A stretch of 64,000 bases of DNA, from NCBI GenBank assembly GCA_964021785.1, contig CAXIAX010000001.1, positions 3,368-67,367 of the forward strand, written 5' to 3'. The stretch is from an uncultured Flavobacteriales bacterium (GTDB taxonomy: Bacteria; Bacteroidota; Bacteroidia; Flavobacteriales_D; CAJJDF01). This document shows, in pieces, positions 43,681-53,486 of this stretch. The position numbers and the translations under genes were made by a program. The notes below the pieces were generated by a model. It was not told where the DNA came from. It worked only from the letters and a program-made list of their open reading frames with translations, and did no database searches. Every line of letters begins with the position of its first letter. Position 1 is the first letter of the stretch.

Positions 43681-46093
43681 AAAAACTCCACCCAAAAAGA
43701 GGAAATTATTAGTCCGATTAATTTGGCTAGCATTTCTTGGTCCGTTTGTAGGACTATTGTTAATGTTAACCTTGGCCTATTTTAGTGATATGCCAGATAT
43801 TTCTGATTTGGATAACCCAAAGAGTAATTTGGCGTCTCAAATTATAACTGCAGATGGAGCAGTGATAGGAGAGTACTACCTTCAGAACAGAACAAATGTT
43901 GATTTTCATGAAATTAATAAAAATGTTATTGATGCCTTAGTTGCCACAGAGGACGAACGTTTTTATTCTCACTCGGGAGTAGATGCAGAAGCCTTGGCAA
44001 GAGCTGCAAAAGGAATGGGGAAAGATGGAGGAGGAAGTACACTAACTCAGCAATTGGCTCTTAATCTTTACGGAAGTAGAGCAGGTAGTTTCTTTGGTAG
44101 AGTAAGACAAAAATTTGGAGAGTGGATTATTGCAGTGAAGCTGGAAAAAAGATACACCAAAGAAGAGATTATGACTATGTATTTGAACAAAGTCGATTTC
44201 TTGAACCAAGGTGTAGGAATACATTCTGCAGCTAAAGTTTATTTTAGTAAAGCACCCTCTGAGCTTAATATACAAGAAGCAGCAATGCTAGTAGGTATGG
44301 TGAAAAATCCTAATGGATATAACCCAAAACGATTTCCAGAAAGAGCAAAGAAAAGAAGAGAGGTAGTATTGAAGCAAATGCTGAATAACGATAAAATCTC
44401 AAGAGAACAATACGATTCTATTAGAGTTTTACCTTTGGGGTTAAACCTTACTTCGGTAGATCATAAAGAAGGAATAGCTCCTTATTTTAGAGAAACACTA
44501 AGAGCAGATTTAAATAAGCTTTTAGCTGAGAAAGATGAAAAAGGCGACTTTGTGTATTTGAACAAAGAAACAGGAAAGCAATACAGTATTCTTAAAGATG
44601 GACTTAAGATTTATACGACCATAGATTCTCGTATGCAGAAACATGCAGAGTGGGCAGTAATGGAGCATTTGAAAACTCATTTGCAGCCAGAGCTGGATAA
44701 AAGATTGAAATGGAAAAAGACCTATCCAAGATATCCTTTTGTTAGAGCTATTGATGAAAAAGAAGCTAAACAAATATTTGATAGAGCAAAGAAACAAACT
44801 ATGCTTTACAAAACGCTTACAGGAAAAGCTTGTGCAGTATGCGAAAGACCAGGGACAAAGAAAAAGAAAGGGAAGTACGTTTGTACTTATAATCCTAATC
44901 ATGTTAATCCGACTTATACAGAGGCTGAAATAGATACTATTTTCAATACACCAGTACAGACTCAAGTTTTTGATTGGGCAGCAGAAGGGTATGAAAAAGA
45001 TACTCTGATTTCTCCAATGAATAAAATAAAATACTTAAAAAGTATATTGAGAGCTGGAATGATGTCTATGGATCCTAAAACTGGATTTGTAAAAGCATGG
45101 GTAGGAGGGCCTAACTTTAAGTATTTTCAGTATGATATGGTAAGAACAGGAAGAAGACAAGTAGGTTCGGTTTTTAAACCTATTGTTTATGCTTCGGCTA
45201 TTGATGCAGGGGTAGTAACTCCTTGTACAGAATTTATGCATATTGAGCATTGTTGTCCTATTCCTGATAATCCAAATAGACAATGGTGTCCTAAAAGTGG
45301 ATATAAATTGGATGGATTACCAATGCGTGTAAAATACGGATTGGCTAGTTCTGATAATCCTATTACTGCTGCAGTTATGGGAAAAATTGGACCTAAACAA
45401 GTAAGAGATAATGCTATCAAAATGGGGATAGATGGTAAACACGTGAACGAATATCCTTCTATTGCTCTAGGTGCTGTAGATTTATCGGTATACGAAATGG
45501 TGGGTGCCTTAAGTACATTTGCCAATGATGGAGTTTTTATTAAACCAATGATTATTACAAGAATTGAAGATAAAAATGGAGCTGTAATCTTTGAAGCGCA
45601 ACCAGAAACCGAGCAAGTGTTTGATGCCAATGTATCGGCTACTATGATTAAAATGATGACAGGTGTAGTTGCTGGAGTTCAGAGTCCTTACAGAAAAAGA
45701 GTAGGAGGGACTTCTATGAGATTGAGAGCTTCTTACAGAAAATATGGAGGAATAACTACTCAAGTTGCAGGGAAAACAGGGACAACACAAAGCAACAGTG
45801 ATGGTTGGTTTGTTGGGCTTACACCTGATTTAGCTACTGGAGTTTGGGTAGGAGGAGAAGATAGAGGTGTTAGATTTACAAGTACTGCACTTGGTCAGGG
45901 TGCTAATACAGGTTTACCTATTTTTGGGTATTACATGAATAAAGTTTACAAAGACCCAGAGTTACACGTGTCTAAGGCAAATTTTTCGGTACCTGATAAT
46001 TACATTGATGATTATACCAAATGTAATGACCAAGAAAGTGCTGAGCCAATTAATTACAATGATTTTTCGAATAGTGGATTAGATTTTGAATAA
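43664..46093 (+). CDS. mrcA: Class A penicillin-binding protein (PBP1A; transglycosylase + transpeptidase)
   Basis: GT51 motifs [12 protein letters not shown] and GGSTLTQQL. Transpeptidase motifs SVFKP (S-x-x-K), SDN and KTGTT. An N-terminal TM anchor is present. Confidence 0.92.
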   Translation: MSKATKKTPPKKRKLLVRLIWLAFLGPFVGLLLMLTLAYFSDMPDISDLDNPKSNLASQIITADGAVIGEYYLQNRTNVDFHEINKNVIDALVATEDERFYSHSGVDAEALARAAKGMGKDGGGSTLTQQLALNLYGSRAGSFFGRVRQKFGEWIIAVKLEKRYTKEEIMTMYLNKVDFLNQGVGIHSAAKVYFSKAPSELNIQEAAMLVGMVKNPNGYNPKRFPERAKKRREVVLKQMLNNDKISREQYDSIRVLPLGLNLTSVDHKEGIAPYFRETLRADLNKLLAEKDEKGDFVYLNKETGKQYSILKDGLKIYTTIDSRMQKHAEWAVMEHLKTHLQPELDKRLKWKKTYPRYPFVRAIDEKEAKQIFDRAKKQTMLYKTLTGKACAVCERPGTKKKKGKYVCTYNPNHVNPTYTEAEIDTIFNTPVQTQVFDWAAEGYEKDTLISPMNKIKYLKSILRAGMMSMDPKTGFVKAWVGGPNFKYFQYDMVRTGRRQVGSVFKPIVYASAIDAGVVTPCTEFMHIEHCCPIPDNPNRQWCPKSGYKLDGLPMRVKYGLASSDNPITAAVMGKIGPKQVRDNAIKMGIDGKHVNEYPSIALGAVDLSVYEMVGALSTFANDGVFIKPMIITRIEDKNGAVIFEAQPETEQVFDANVSATMIKMMTGVVAGVQSPYRKRVGGTSMRLRASYRKYGGITTQVAGKTGTTQSNSDGWFVGLTPDLATGVWVGGEDRGVRFTSTALGQGANTGLPIFGYYMNKVYKDPELHVSKANFSVPDNYIDDYTKCNDQESAEPINYNDFSNSGLDFE

Positions 46094-46101
46094 TAACAAT
46101 T

Positions 46102-46800
46102 ATGAATAAAACAGTAAAAAACGTACAAGAAGCAACCGAAGGAATAAAAGATGGAATGACTCTTATGTTAGGAGGATTTGGTCTTTGTGGGATTCCAGAA
46201 AACTCTATTTCGGAATTGGTAAAGATGAATGTTACTGAATTGACTTGTATTTCTAACAATGCAGGAGTAGATGATTTTGGATTGGGACTTTTATTACAAA
46301 AGAAACAAATCAAAAAAATGATTTCTTCTTATGTTGGTGAAAATGATGAATTTGAAAGACAAATGCTAAGTGGAGAACTAGAAGTAGATTTAATTCCTCA
46401 AGGTTCTTTGGCAGAAAGATGTAGAGCAGGAGGTGCAGGGATTCCAGCATTTTTTACTCCAGCAGGATACGGAACTGAAGTGGCAGAAGGAAAAGAAGTA
46501 AGAGAATTTAACGGAAAGCCTCACATTTTAGAATCGGCATTAACAGCAGATTATGCAATCGTAAAAGCTTGGAAAGGGGATACAGCAGGGAACTTAGTTT
46601 TTAAAGGAACTGCACGTAATTTTAATCCAATGATGGCAATGGCAGGGAAAATTACTATTGCTGAGGTAGAGGAATTAGTAGAGGCAGGAGAATTAAATCC
46701 TAACGAAATTCATACTCCAGGAATATTTGTACAAAGAGTATTTCAAGGAGAAGGATACGAAAAAAGAATTGAGCAAAGAACGGTAAGAACTAAATCTTAA
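46102..46800 (+). CDS. scoA: 3-oxoacid CoA-transferase subunit A
   Basis: 232 aa, with [16 protein letters not shown] and ...[20 protein letters not shown]. Confidence 0.92.
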   Translation: MNKTVKNVQEATEGIKDGMTLMLGGFGLCGIPENSISELVKMNVTELTCISNNAGVDDFGLGLLLQKKQIKKMISSYVGENDEFERQMLSGELEVDLIPQGSLAERCRAGGAGIPAFFTPAGYGTEVAEGKEVREFNGKPHILESALTADYAIVKAWKGDTAGNLVFKGTARNFNPMMAMAGKITIAEVEELVEAGELNPNEIHTPGIFVQRVFQGEGYEKRIEQRTVRTKS

Positions 46801-46801
46801 T

Positions 46802-48640
46802 TTGGTTTTTAATACAAACAAAATATCGCTTTTTGCAGTTCTAGCAATTGTCGTTTATCTTGTTTCTTATCCATTTCTAAACGGATGGCCCAATCCTTTT
46901 GTTTGGGATACTTTTGGGTATTACCTATATCTCCCAATGGCGTTTATTCACCAAGATTTGGGAATGCAAGATTTTTCGGTAATAGAAAATCTAAGGCAAG
47001 AACAATTTATTTCTTCTACTTTATATCAAATAAATAGAACAGAAACAGGGAACTGGTTGATTCGCTACCCCTCGGGATTGGCAGTTTTACTCTCTCCCTT
47101 TTATTTAATAGGACATTGGGTTGCTAAATTGGGAGGTTTCTCCCAAAATGGCTTTTCATTGCCTTATCAAATCTCTATAGTTTCGGGCTGTTTATTCTAC
47201 ATTTCGTCTTCCCTTTTTTTACTAAGAAAAATACTGCTTCATTGGTTTGCCGATAAAGTAGTTGCACTTACCCTTGTAGTTATTTGTTTGGGTACAAATT
47301 ACCTTCATCAAGCTACTGTAAATACTGCAATGCCACATGCTTTGTTGTTCTTTGTTTACACCCTTATTATTTTATTTACTATAAAATGGCACGAGAACAA
47401 AAGCATTAAAAACTCATTGTTGTTGGGAGCTACAATTGGTCTTGCAACCATTTGTCGTCCTATAGAAATTATTAGTGTGCTTATTCCTGTTTTTTGGGGA
47501 GTATCAAACTGGAGAACTTTCAAGAATAAAATAATAAACATAGCCAAATTTCATTTATCCAAATTACTCTTGGCGATAGTCGCGGGAGTGGCAGTTGTTT
47601 TTATCCAAATGCTGTACTGGAAAATCTATACAGGTCACTATGTTTACAATTCTTATCAAAACCCCGGAGAAGGCCTAGATTTATTGTTTCCCCATCTTGT
47701 TGAGGTTTTGTTTAGTTTCAAAAAAGGATGGTTGGTGTATACTCCAGTTGTAGTTTTTGCTTTTATAGGTTTCTATTTTCTTAAAAAGAAAAAACCAGAA
47801 CTGTTTTGGTCGGTTACGGTTTTCACAATTCTCAATTTATATTTAGTATCAAGCTGGACTTGCTGGTGGTATGCTCAGAGTTTTGGGCAAAGAGCATTAG
47901 TGCAATCTTATGCTGTTTTGGCAATTCCCTTGGCCTATTTTATTCAGGCATTTTTTAATTTTAATTCAGTAAAAAAAATAATCACAGGAGCTATTTTATT
48001 CTTTTTAGTTGGGCTTAATCTATTTCAAATTTATCAATCCAATAAAGGGCTAATTCATGGCGATAGAATGACATTTGATTCTTATGTAGCTGTATTTGGT
48101 AAAACCAATTTCGATAAAGAAAAATTAGAGCCTTTGCTTTCTTATAATAGAGATTTAAGTTTTGAGCAGGCAAATAAAAACTATGAGTTTGTATCCAAAG
48201 AATTGTATTCAGAAAATTTTGAAAACAGAAAAATAGGAAAAGGAATAGAAAGTGAAGGAGGTAATACACAATTAAGATTAGGGCAAGAAACTAAGGAAAC
48301 GTATTTTGATTTATGGAAAAATCCATATTGCGAGATTACCGAGCAAGAACAAACTTGGATTAAAGTTTCTTTTAGAGCCAAGGTTACCGATTCTAATTCG
48401 GTGGTGAGGCTGGTGATGAATATAATGCGAAACAAAAACGAAGAGAATTATGGATATGTGGCAGAATCACTAGTAAAGCACAAAAATTTTGAAATAAATA
48501 AATGGAAAAATTACACTTATTATTATCTTACACCACACATTAGAAATAGGAGAGATATTTTTCAATCTTATTTTTGGTACGAACGAGGAGGGGATGTTTT
48601 TGTAGATGATATTAAGATTTCAAACTATCAAGAAAAATAA
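46802..48640 (+). CDS. Polytopic membrane protein, GT-C/ArnT-PMT-like fold suspected, with a soluble C-terminal domain
   Basis: 612 aa. The TTG start lies 1 nt after the scoA stop. About 11-12 hydrophobic helices span the first ~420 aa, with an acidic/aromatic first loop (VWDTFGYYLYLP). A ~190-aa hydrophilic C-terminal domain follows (...GGDVFVDDIKIS). No confident family assignment. Confidence 0.4.
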   Translation: MVFNTNKISLFAVLAIVVYLVSYPFLNGWPNPFVWDTFGYYLYLPMAFIHQDLGMQDFSVIENLRQEQFISSTLYQINRTETGNWLIRYPSGLAVLLSPFYLIGHWVAKLGGFSQNGFSLPYQISIVSGCLFYISSSLFLLRKILLHWFADKVVALTLVVICLGTNYLHQATVNTAMPHALLFFVYTLIILFTIKWHENKSIKNSLLLGATIGLATICRPIEIISVLIPVFWGVSNWRTFKNKIINIAKFHLSKLLLAIVAGVAVVFIQMLYWKIYTGHYVYNSYQNPGEGLDLLFPHLVEVLFSFKKGWLVYTPVVVFAFIGFYFLKKKKPELFWSVTVFTILNLYLVSSWTCWWYAQSFGQRALVQSYAVLAIPLAYFIQAFFNFNSVKKIITGAILFFLVGLNLFQIYQSNKGLIHGDRMTFDSYVAVFGKTNFDKEKLEPLLSYNRDLSFEQANKNYEFVSKELYSENFENRKIGKGIESEGGNTQLRLGQETKETYFDLWKNPYCEITEQEQTWIKVSFRAKVTDSNSVVRLVMNIMRNKNEENYGYVAESLVKHKNFEINKWKNYTYYYLTPHIRNRRDIFQSYFWYERGGDVFVDDIKISNYQEK

Positions 48641-48651
48641 ATTAGATCAGT

Positions 48652-49305
48652 ATGTTAGATAAAACAGGAATAGCAAAAAGAATAGCGCAAGAGTTACAGA
48701 ATGGATGGTACGTAAATTTAGGAATTGGGATTCCTACTTTGGTTGCCAATTACATTCCCGAAGGAATAGACGTAGAGTTTCAGTCGGAAAACGGAATTTT
48801 GGGAATGGGACCTTTTCCATTTGATGGAGAAGAAGATGCCGATTTGATTAATGCCGGAAAACAAACGATTACTGCATTGCCAGGAGCTGTTTATTTCGAT
48901 TCTGCTACGAGTTTTGCTATGATTAGAGGGCAACATGTTCAGCTTACTGTATTGGGAGCTATGGAGGTGTCGCAAAGTGGAGATATTGCTAACTGGAAAA
49001 TTCCAGGTAAAATGGTAAAAGGAATGGGTGGAGCTATGGATTTAGTTGCATCTGCCGATAATATTATTGTAGCAATGATGCATACCAATAGAAAAGGTGA
49101 ATCTAAATTGCTTAAAAATTGCTCACTTCCACTTACGGGTGTAGGGTGTGTAAAAAAGATTGTGACTAACCTAGCTGTGCTAGAAGTAACAGAAAATGGT
49201 TTTAAACTAATAGAAAGAGCTCCTGGAGTTTCTGTAGATGAAATAAAAGCAGCAACCGAAGGAAACTTAATCATTGAAGGGGATATTCCTGAAATGGTTT
49301 TGTAA
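48652..49305 (+). CDS. scoB: 3-oxoacid CoA-transferase subunit B
   Basis: 217 aa. The catalytic glutamate motif FQSENGILGMGP is present, along with ...GAMDLV. Confidence 0.92.
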   Translation: MLDKTGIAKRIAQELQNGWYVNLGIGIPTLVANYIPEGIDVEFQSENGILGMGPFPFDGEEDADLINAGKQTITALPGAVYFDSATSFAMIRGQHVQLTVLGAMEVSQSGDIANWKIPGKMVKGMGGAMDLVASADNIIVAMMHTNRKGESKLLKNCSLPLTGVGCVKKIVTNLAVLEVTENGFKLIERAPGVSVDEIKAATEGNLIIEGDIPEMVL

Positions 49306-49403
49306 AAAAAAGAAACTAATTTACTTTCTCGGTTATTAGTTCGTCTTTCTGTGTTTCGCCACAGAAGAGAACTATTTTACGAGTGTAAAGTAAAACATAC
49401 TAT

Positions 49404-49444
49404 AAAAAAAAAGAGCCTTTCATTAATTAATGAAAGGCTCTTTT
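49404..49444. terminator. Bidirectional rho-independent terminator (scoB / protease gene, convergent)
   Basis: Long palindrome aagagcctttcatta-at-taatgaaaggctctt, flanked by an A-run (49404-49412) and a T-run (49441-49444). Confidence 0.85.
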
Positions 49445-49466
49445 GGTAAGTGGTATTTTCTTTTTG

Positions 49467-52400
49467 TTATTGTTTAATGAATTTGTAAGCTTCGTTATTT
49501 ACATAGATTACATAAGTTCCTGCAGCAAATCTAGATACATCTATTCTGTCAGAAAACTGAACAGATTTTGTTCCAGGAGTATTTTGATAAAGTACTTTTC
49601 CTAATAAGTCTATTACTTTAAGATTCAATTCGCTAGATCTATTAAAATCTACATCAATATTCACGTAATCGTTTGTTGGATTTGGGTAAATATTTATTTT
49701 ACTTATTTTATTTACTTCTTCAATGCTAGTGAAATAACATTTCCAATCTATATCAAATCCGGCTAATTGTAATCCATTATCAGCATAAAATTCTAGCGTT
49801 AAAGATCCTCCTGTAGAACTGATTGTACTTGGCGGTGGGTTTAAGTTACAATATTTTCCAATCAGATTAGAGTTTACACTGGGTCCGTCATATATTTTTA
49901 AGTAATCATAGATACAATTGGTATCTGCTTCTACTTCAAACGAATTGATAATAAAAGTAACATTATTTGCTCCTAGCGGAGATACGGTAATATTGGTAGT
50001 TTGGTTTGCAGAGTAGTTTCCTGAAAGTCCTCCATTATCTATTATTTTACCTTCGCAAGAAACTCTCGTTTGTGCAGTTCCTCCATTTGGTAGTATTACT
50101 GTACAGATGTTTTTTACATTAATTGTTTGGTAAATAGTGTCGTTTCCGTTTGCATTAGTTGCAATTAATCGAGTAGTGTAACTTCCTGAGTTAGCATAAG
50201 AAACAAGAGGGTTTGCAGCTGTAGATGTAGCGGGCGATCCTCCAGGGAACGACCAGCTAAAGCTAGTTGTGTTTACACTGTTGTTGGTGTAAGTAACGCT
50301 TTCGTTCTCGCATATGGAAGTATCGCTAGAAGTAAATAGAGCCAAAGGAAGTGGCGAAGTATATTGTGTACAGCTCCAGTTTAGTATAAATCCTTGTTCT
50401 TCTACTCCTTGGTCCGAATGAAATTTTATGTAAAGATTACCAGCCGAAGAAGTAACCGAAGCAGGAGGAGGGTTGTTGTTGCAATATCTTCCTATTAGTG
50501 GTGCAGATGTGCTTGTTCCGTCATATACTTCCAAATAATCATAATTACAAATTGTTCCACCTTGGTCTCCTGATTCTACATCAAATTGAGCAAAATTTAG
50601 AGTTACGCTAGTAGCTAAAGTAGGCGAGATAGTAAAGTATGAATTCTGTAGGTTAGAGTAATCTCCAGCAGTTCCTCCATCATCTATCAAAGTACCTATA
50701 CATGCCGAAGAGCTAAAGTTCGAGTTTTTTGACATTATATCTGGGCAAATTGCAGTAGTATCTATAGTAATGTATGTTGTTTTTAATATTGTATCTTCTC
50801 CACATGCACCACCATTTGCATATAATTCTACAGAGTATGGTCCATATCCTGTGTATGTATGAGTAGGGTTTAGTGCTGTGCTCGAGCTACCGTCTCCAAA
50901 ATCCCAAATAAAGGCAGTTGCATTATTACTTGTATTGGTAAATGTAACGGTATGTGGTAATTTACATCCTGCAGTATCATAAGAAGTGAAATCACTTTGC
51001 ACTCCTGCAACATAAGCAGTTCCTACTCCCACAGCATGCCAAGCATTTGTTGTAGCAATTACTGCTGGCGAGCAAGCTCCATACAAATCTATAGCAGATT
51101 GTATGGCAAAATTACGTGCATCATTGTGATCAGAGCTAGGAGTTAAATAAGTTGTTAGGTTTCTGAAAGCAATTCTTGAAGCTGTATCAAAACCAAGTGG
51201 CGAAACCGAATAAGCATTTCCTAAGTCGTTAGTTCCTGTTCCTCCATTCACCATCAAATAAAACCAGAAATTTTGTACACCACTGTTTGTGTGTACTCCT
51301 CCAAAATCTAAAGTTCCAGTGTAGTAATTTGTTCCTCCATAAGTATCAGGGTCACCTTTTGCATTGGGGTTAGACATAGATCTAAAATAATCGTTCGAAT
51401 TCAGGTAAATTTCATCTCCCATAAGCCAGTTTGCTTGTGCAGGTCTTGCCCAATAATCAATACATACTCCAAAAATATCACTAAATGATTCGTTCAGTGC
51501 ACCCGATTCATTTTGGTAAGTAAGGTTGGCCGTGTTGGTTGTTAATCCATGAGAAATTTCGTGTCCCGCAATTGCTAAGGTAGTAAGTGGAGATGTGTTT
51601 GTTCCGTTTCCGTCTCCGTAAGTCATATAATTACCGTTCCAAAATGCATTTACATAATTGTTATCGTAATGAATGTAGCTTATTAGTTTAAAACCAGCTC
51701 CATCTATACTGTTTCTTGCGTGTACATTCCAAAAATAATCGTAAGTCATTTCTGCTCCCCAGTGTGCATCTAGTGCATATTGGTCGCCATTAGCTGTAGA
51801 AGTCCAGTTGTTGTTACTGTCAGTAAAATCAACTGCAGCTCCGTAGTTAATTCCATTGTTACAGTCGTAAGTTTCTATTCCTAGTCCTCTTCCAGTTTCT
51901 CTTAATCTGTAATTGGTAGGCGAAGTAGAATCTGTAGTGATTACTTGCGCGCCACTATATCCTGTGTTTGCCAATCCTGGTACATCAGCATGTTTTATAA
52001 TTTTGTTTTGAAACAATACTTTACCAGATAAAGCATCTACAAAATACTCTGCTCTACTTACTGGAGAGTGAGCATAAATATTGAATTTGTAAGTTAGGTA
52101 TAACCCAGATTCGTTAGCAAAATAAACTAATTCTCCTTTTGGGTAATAAGTTGCTTTAGGGTTGTTCTCCATTGTTTTAATGTGAGCTTCTTCTTCAGCA
52201 ATTTGCCATTTATAAGTTTTTGCGTTTATGGTATTCAATGCTTTTTTAAGAGCAATTTTTTCTGTCAATACAGCCGTATTTATAGAGGGTAGTTTTCCTT
52301 CTAAGTTTCCACTAATAGATGTTATTATTCCGTTTTTTACGTGGGCAGTAACAACATTAAATTCCAAAGGAATGTTGTTAATTACTTGCTGAAATTTAAT

Positions 52401-52670
52401 GTGGGTATATCCAATTTGATCTTCATTTCTGCTTTTTTCAACTAAAGTGAAGGTGTTTTTCGAAAATTGGTTTAAAAATGAACTTAAATCCTCCAGTGCT
52501 GGTGAAAAACCTGTTCTAAATTCAATGAATTTAGGAATAGAAGATTTTTCGGATTCAATAACTTGAAGTGCATTTTCTAGTATGGGCTCATTAAAGTTTT
52601 CAGAATTGGGTAATTGTGAGTAGCCAATAGAGCCTATGACTAGTAGGATTAAAAGTAATGATTTTTTCAT
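49467..52670 (-). CDS. Secreted M4 (thermolysin-family) zinc metalloprotease with 2x PKD, 2x CUB-like domains and a T9SS type-A C-terminal domain
   Basis: Signal peptide. HEISHG (HExxH) with the downstream GALNESFSDIFG third-ligand motif. Two PKD-like modules are present (...FIWDFGDGSSS...HTY...GPYSV...). Two modules read C...DDGG..GDYSN...YDYLEVYDG...LIGRYC. The C-terminus INIYPNPTNDYVNIDV...VIDLLGKVLY...AGTYVIYV fits the type-A sorting domain. Confidence 0.9.
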   Translation of the reverse strand: MKKSLLLILLVIGSIGYSQLPNSENFNEPILENALQVIESEKSSIPKFIEFRTGFSPALEDLSSFLNQFSKNTFTLVEKSRNEDQIGYTHIKFQQVINNIPLEFNVVTAHVKNGIITSISGNLEGKLPSINTAVLTEKIALKKALNTINAKTYKWQIAEEEAHIKTMENNPKATYYPKGELVYFANESGLYLTYKFNIYAHSPVSRAEYFVDALSGKVLFQNKIIKHADVPGLANTGYSGAQVITTDSTSPTNYRLRETGRGLGIETYDCNNGINYGAAVDFTDSNNNWTSTANGDQYALDAHWGAEMTYDYFWNVHARNSIDGAGFKLISYIHYDNNYVNAFWNGNYMTYGDGNGTNTSPLTTLAIAGHEISHGLTTNTANLTYQNESGALNESFSDIFGVCIDYWARPAQANWLMGDEIYLNSNDYFRSMSNPNAKGDPDTYGGTNYYTGTLDFGGVHTNSGVQNFWFYLMVNGGTGTNDLGNAYSVSPLGFDTASRIAFRNLTTYLTPSSDHNDARNFAIQSAIDLYGACSPAVIATTNAWHAVGVGTAYVAGVQSDFTSYDTAGCKLPHTVTFTNTSNNATAFIWDFGDGSSSTALNPTHTYTGYGPYSVELYANGGACGEDTILKTTYITIDTTAICPDIMSKNSNFSSSACIGTLIDDGGTAGDYSNLQNSYFTISPTLATSVTLNFAQFDVESGDQGGTICNYDYLEVYDGTSTSAPLIGRYCNNNPPPASVTSSAGNLYIKFHSDQGVEEQGFILNWSCTQYTSPLPLALFTSSDTSICENESVTYTNNSVNTTSFSWSFPGGSPATSTAANPLVSYANSGSYTTRLIATNANGNDTIYQTINVKNICTVILPNGGTAQTRVSCEGKIIDNGGLSGNYSANQTTNITVSPLGANNVTFIINSFEVEADTNCIYDYLKIYDGPSVNSNLIGKYCNLNPPPSTISSTGGSLTLEFYADNGLQLAGFDIDWKCYFTSIEEVNKISKINIYPNPTNDYVNIDVDFNRSSELNLKVIDLLGKVLYQNTPGTKSVQFSDRIDVSRFAAGTYVIYVNNEAYKFIKQ

Positions 52671-52730
52671 TTATTGTTATTTGTTAAGAACGGTATGCAG
52701 TAAATGTACTGACTTTATTTTTTAGATGCA

Positions 52731-52763
52731 CAAAAAATAAACGGACTAAAATAGTCCGTTTAT
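52731..52763 (-). terminator. Rho-independent terminator of the deoxynucleoside kinase gene (the stem includes the stop codon)
   Basis: 12-bp stem ataaacggacta / tagtccgtttat with a 3-nt loop. On the minus strand it is followed by tttttg. Confidence 0.6.
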
Positions 52764-53360
52764 TTCTGCATCTATGTCATTTATTATTTTTCCTAAATCT
52801 TCAGGATTTTCTTTAAAGTTGTTGTTGTCTACATCTACTATGATTACTTTTCCTTTGCTATAAGTGCTAATCCAAGCCTCATATCTTTCGTTCAATCTTT
52901 TCAAGTAATCAATTCTAATGCTTTCTTCATATTCTCTTCCTCTTTGCGATATTTGATTTACCAAGGTAGGAACACTAGCTCTTAGGTGAATCAATAAATC
53001 TGGTGCAGAAATAAATTTTTCCATCAAAGAAAATAGAGAGAAATAGTTTTCAAAATCTTTGGTGCTCATTAATCCCATTTTGTGCAAGTTAGGTGCAAAA
53101 ATGAAAGCATCTTCGTAAATTGTTCTGTCTTGAATTACAGTTTTTTCACTGTTTTTTATTTCTTGAATTTGAGTAAAACGACTGTTCAAATAAAATATCT
53201 GAAGATTAAAAGACCATCTCTGCATGTCTTCATAAAAATCATTCAAATAAGGATTATTTTCCACATCTTCAAAGTGAGTATCCCACTTATAATGTTTGGC
53301 AAGTAAGTTTGTTAATGTTGTTTTTCCCGCCCCTATATTTCCGGATATTGCTACGTGCAT
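52746..53360 (-). CDS. Deoxynucleoside kinase (dAK/dGK/dCK family)
   Basis: 204 aa with P-loop GNIGAGKTT, ...FEDVENNPYL..FY, and a DR-type motif (VIQDRTIYED). Confidence 0.85.
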   Translation of the reverse strand: MHVAISGNIGAGKTTLTNLLAKHYKWDTHFEDVENNPYLNDFYEDMQRWSFNLQIFYLNSRFTQIQEIKNSEKTVIQDRTIYEDAFIFAPNLHKMGLMSTKDFENYFSLFSLMEKFISAPDLLIHLRASVPTLVNQISQRGREYEESIRIDYLKRLNERYEAWISTYSKGKVIIVDVDNNNFKENPEDLGKIINDIDAEINGLF

Positions 53361-53486
53361 AAAAGTCGTTTATTTTCAGTTTGTCGAAAATAGCAAAAAA
53401 GCCCCTTAAAAGGAAATAAAACGACAGCTATTTCAAGGATGAAAAACAAGAGTTCTGTTAATTGAAATCGCAATTAAACCATATCT

